A stretch of 64,000 nucleotides of DNA from a virus (taxonomy: Duplodnaviria > Heunggongvirae > Uroviricota > Caudoviricetes). Below the pieces are notes generated by a model. The model was given only the letters and a program-made list of their open reading frames with translations, did not search any database and was not told the origin of the DNA. Position 1 is the stretch's first letter; every line of letters begins with the position of its first letter. The position numbers and the translations under genes were made by a program. Positions 63,770 through 64,000 of this stretch are shown here, one piece after another. The stretch spans positions 22,611 to 86,610 of IMG/VR virus record IMGVR_UViG_3300020581_000009; one strand, 5' to 3'.

Positions 63770-64000
63770 AACGGCCTGGGGAGGCGCTACAGCGGGTTCC
63801 TCGACCGGTGGCGCTCCGGTCAGGCCAAGCCGTTCGCGTAGCTGGTCGGCCAGCGGGACGCCGGAAACTGGCTTTGGGGCGGGAGTCGGGGCAGGAGGTG
63901 CGGCGGTTGGTGCTTCTGGTGGGGTCTCGGGGGCCGGCAGGAGCCTTTGCCGGTTAGCATCGTCAGCCGTTGCCTGGGCTTCTGCCGCCCTTTGGGCATC

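Noticed and set aside
1-64000. CRISPR arrays, integrase/att sites or rRNA genes
   Set aside because: No regularly spaced repeats with unique spacers, no tyrosine/serine recombinase motifs and no rRNA-like segments were seen. The only tRNA-end duplication is reported separately as a finding.

Overview
GC-rich (~58-60% by eye) tailed-phage or prophage DNA, most likely from an alphaproteobacterial host; a GcrA cell-cycle-regulator homolog at 45880-46350 supports the host assignment. Most genes are short and translationally coupled by ATGA/GTGA overlaps.

The window contains:
- a minus-strand packaging block with a terminase large subunit (1677-3374);
- a plus-strand block (13.4-18.9 kb) with an AAA+ ATPase and a cysteine-rich protein, whose genes share a promoter/operator motif and a conserved TGCGAGGA leader;
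- a nucleotide-metabolism/protease block (metallophosphoesterase, HslV-like Ntn hydrolase, DUF4406, DUF5664-like);
- an Rsr (Ro60/TROVE+vWA) gene followed by an array of about 27 minus-strand tRNA and tRNA-like genes (27.9-35.9 kb), interspersed with HNH homing endonucleases, a vWA/XRE-HTH gene pair and a RusA-like resolvase;
- a minus-strand replication/modification block (primase, SF2 helicase, SSB, MT-A70 methyltransferase, ParB-like protein, GcrA homolog, SPFH protein), then an ERF recombinase, a lysis region (GH25 lysozyme, lipoprotein, small membrane proteins) and a large HExxH protein.

Two related but non-identical IS1/IS1595-superfamily elements (7414-9294 and 23549-25890) each carry a conserved small arginine-rich accessory ORF upstream of the transposase plus downstream cargo ORFs. 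The second is flanked by an 8-bp target-site duplication. I consider these elements, the Rsr-tRNA module with its unusual T-loops, and the TGCGAGGA-leader block the strongest candidates for something undescribed.

All calls rest on motif recognition by eye. tRNA identities and exact gene boundaries need tool confirmation.
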